Part shown: positions 23,410 through 24,000 of the stretch, piece by piece
Position numbering within the stretch: position 1 is the first letter of the stretch
Layout of the letters: each line of letters opens with the position of its first letter
From: Caproiciproducens sp. NJN-50
Lineage (GTDB): Bacteria; Bacillota; Clostridia; Oscillospirales; Acutalibacteraceae
Assembly: GCF_004103755.1 (NCBI RefSeq)
Contig: NZ_CP035283.1
Span: 746,269-770,268 of the forward strand
Direction of reading: 5' to 3'
DNA length: 24,000 bases
Position numbers and translations under genes: made by a program
Notes under the pieces: model-generated
Databases searched by the model: none
What the model saw: only the letters and a program-made list of their open reading frames with translations
Told to the model about the DNA's origin: nothing

Positions 23410-24000
23410 ATGGAACCAATGGCCTATCTCTCCTCTCTCGACCCCATGAATTTTCTCACAGCCGTTCCGGGCAATGTCGCGCAGGGCATTATTTGGGGGA
23501 TCATGGCTCTGGGGGTATTCATCACGTTCCGGCTGCTGAATTTCGCGGATCTGACGGTGGACGGCACCTTTGCAACAGGCGGCGCCGTGGCGGTCGTTCT
23601 GATTCTTGCGGACCTGCCGGTTCCGCTGGCTCTCGCCGCCGCTGTGGCCGCGGGGTTTGCCGCGGGGCTTGTCACCGGCCTGCTCAACACCGTTCTGGGA
23701 ATTCCGGACATCCTCGCGGGGATTCTGACTCAGATTTCGCTCTGGTCGGTGAACCTGGTTGTCCTGAGCGGCGCAAACAAGGCGGTAAACGTGGATAAAT
23801 ATCCGTTGATCGTGACACTGCGGAATGTTGAAAGCTCCATTGTCACAGCGCTTGTTTTCGCGGCGGTTTTGATCTGCGTCCTGTACTGGTATTTCGGCAC
23901 AGAGCAGGGAAGCGCCATCCGGGCCACCGGCAGCAACCCTCAGATGGCAAAGGCGCAGGGAATCAATATTGATTTTATGAAAGTGCTTGCAATCAGCTTA
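23410..24000 (+). CDS. ABC transporter permease (BPD_transp_2-type), N-terminal part; runs off the right edge
   Basis: Absent from the ORF track because there is no stop in the window. My translation from ATG 23410 is open for 197 codons: MEPMAYLSSLDPMNFLTAVPGNVAQGIIWGIMALGVFITFRLLNFADLTVDGTFATGGAV... The sequence is hydrophobic and typical of the permease partner of PF04392-type binding proteins. Confidence 0.8.
   Translation, partial: MEPMAYLSSLDPMNFLTAVPGNVAQGIIWGIMALGVFITFRLLNFADLTVDGTFATGGAVAVVLILADLPVPLALAAAVAAGFAAGLVTGLLNTVLGIPDILAGILTQISLWSVNLVVLSGANKAVNVDKYPLIVTLRNVESSIVTALVFAAVLICVLYWYFGTEQGSAIRATGSNPQMAKAQGINIDFMKVLAISL

Noticed and set aside
1-24000. A scan for CRISPR repeats, tRNA or rRNA genes, transposases or integrases, phage genes, toxin-antitoxin pairs and defence-system signatures.
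   Set aside because: No regularly spaced repeats, cloverleaf-like segments or recombinase, nuclease or ATPase-type ORFs were seen. All sizeable ORFs are accounted for by metabolic, transport or regulatory genes.

Overview
High-GC Firmicutes-type DNA (strong GGAGG-type ribosome-binding sites, clostridial-looking proteins), densely coding, with no mobile elements, CRISPR arrays, tRNA or rRNA genes seen. Most of the window (about 2.7-21.7 kb) is one accessory metabolic island arranged around a divergent promoter region (10435-10814). The minus-strand operon is acyl-CoA dehydrogenase, OYE/Fe-S/FAD dienoyl-CoA-reductase-like enzyme, TctBAC tripartite carboxylate transporter and an MBL hydrolase. 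The plus-strand operon is a second acyl-CoA dehydrogenase, a family III CoA-transferase and an MFS transporter. These are followed by a YdiB-like quinate/shikimate dehydrogenase, a type I 3-dehydroquinate dehydratase, a second shikimate-dehydrogenase paralog and a LysR regulator. Converging on them are a PaaI thioesterase, an acyl-CoA ligase and a desulfoferrodoxin-derived Cys-rich protein. My main hypothesis is an undescribed anaerobic, CoA-dependent reductive route for quinate/shikimate-type hydroaromatic acids, towards cyclohexene/cyclohexane-carboxylate. The clearest signal readable directly from the sequence is upstream of the ABC uptake operon at the right end. It is a 42-codon leader ORF with a FYYAYYYFFTF run, three mutually exclusive RNA helices and a terminator, which is the classical ribosome-mediated attenuator layout. 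The same 15-bp dyad-containing sequence overlaps the -35 of that promoter and of the island's minus-strand promoter. All functional calls come from motif recognition by eye; no searches were run.
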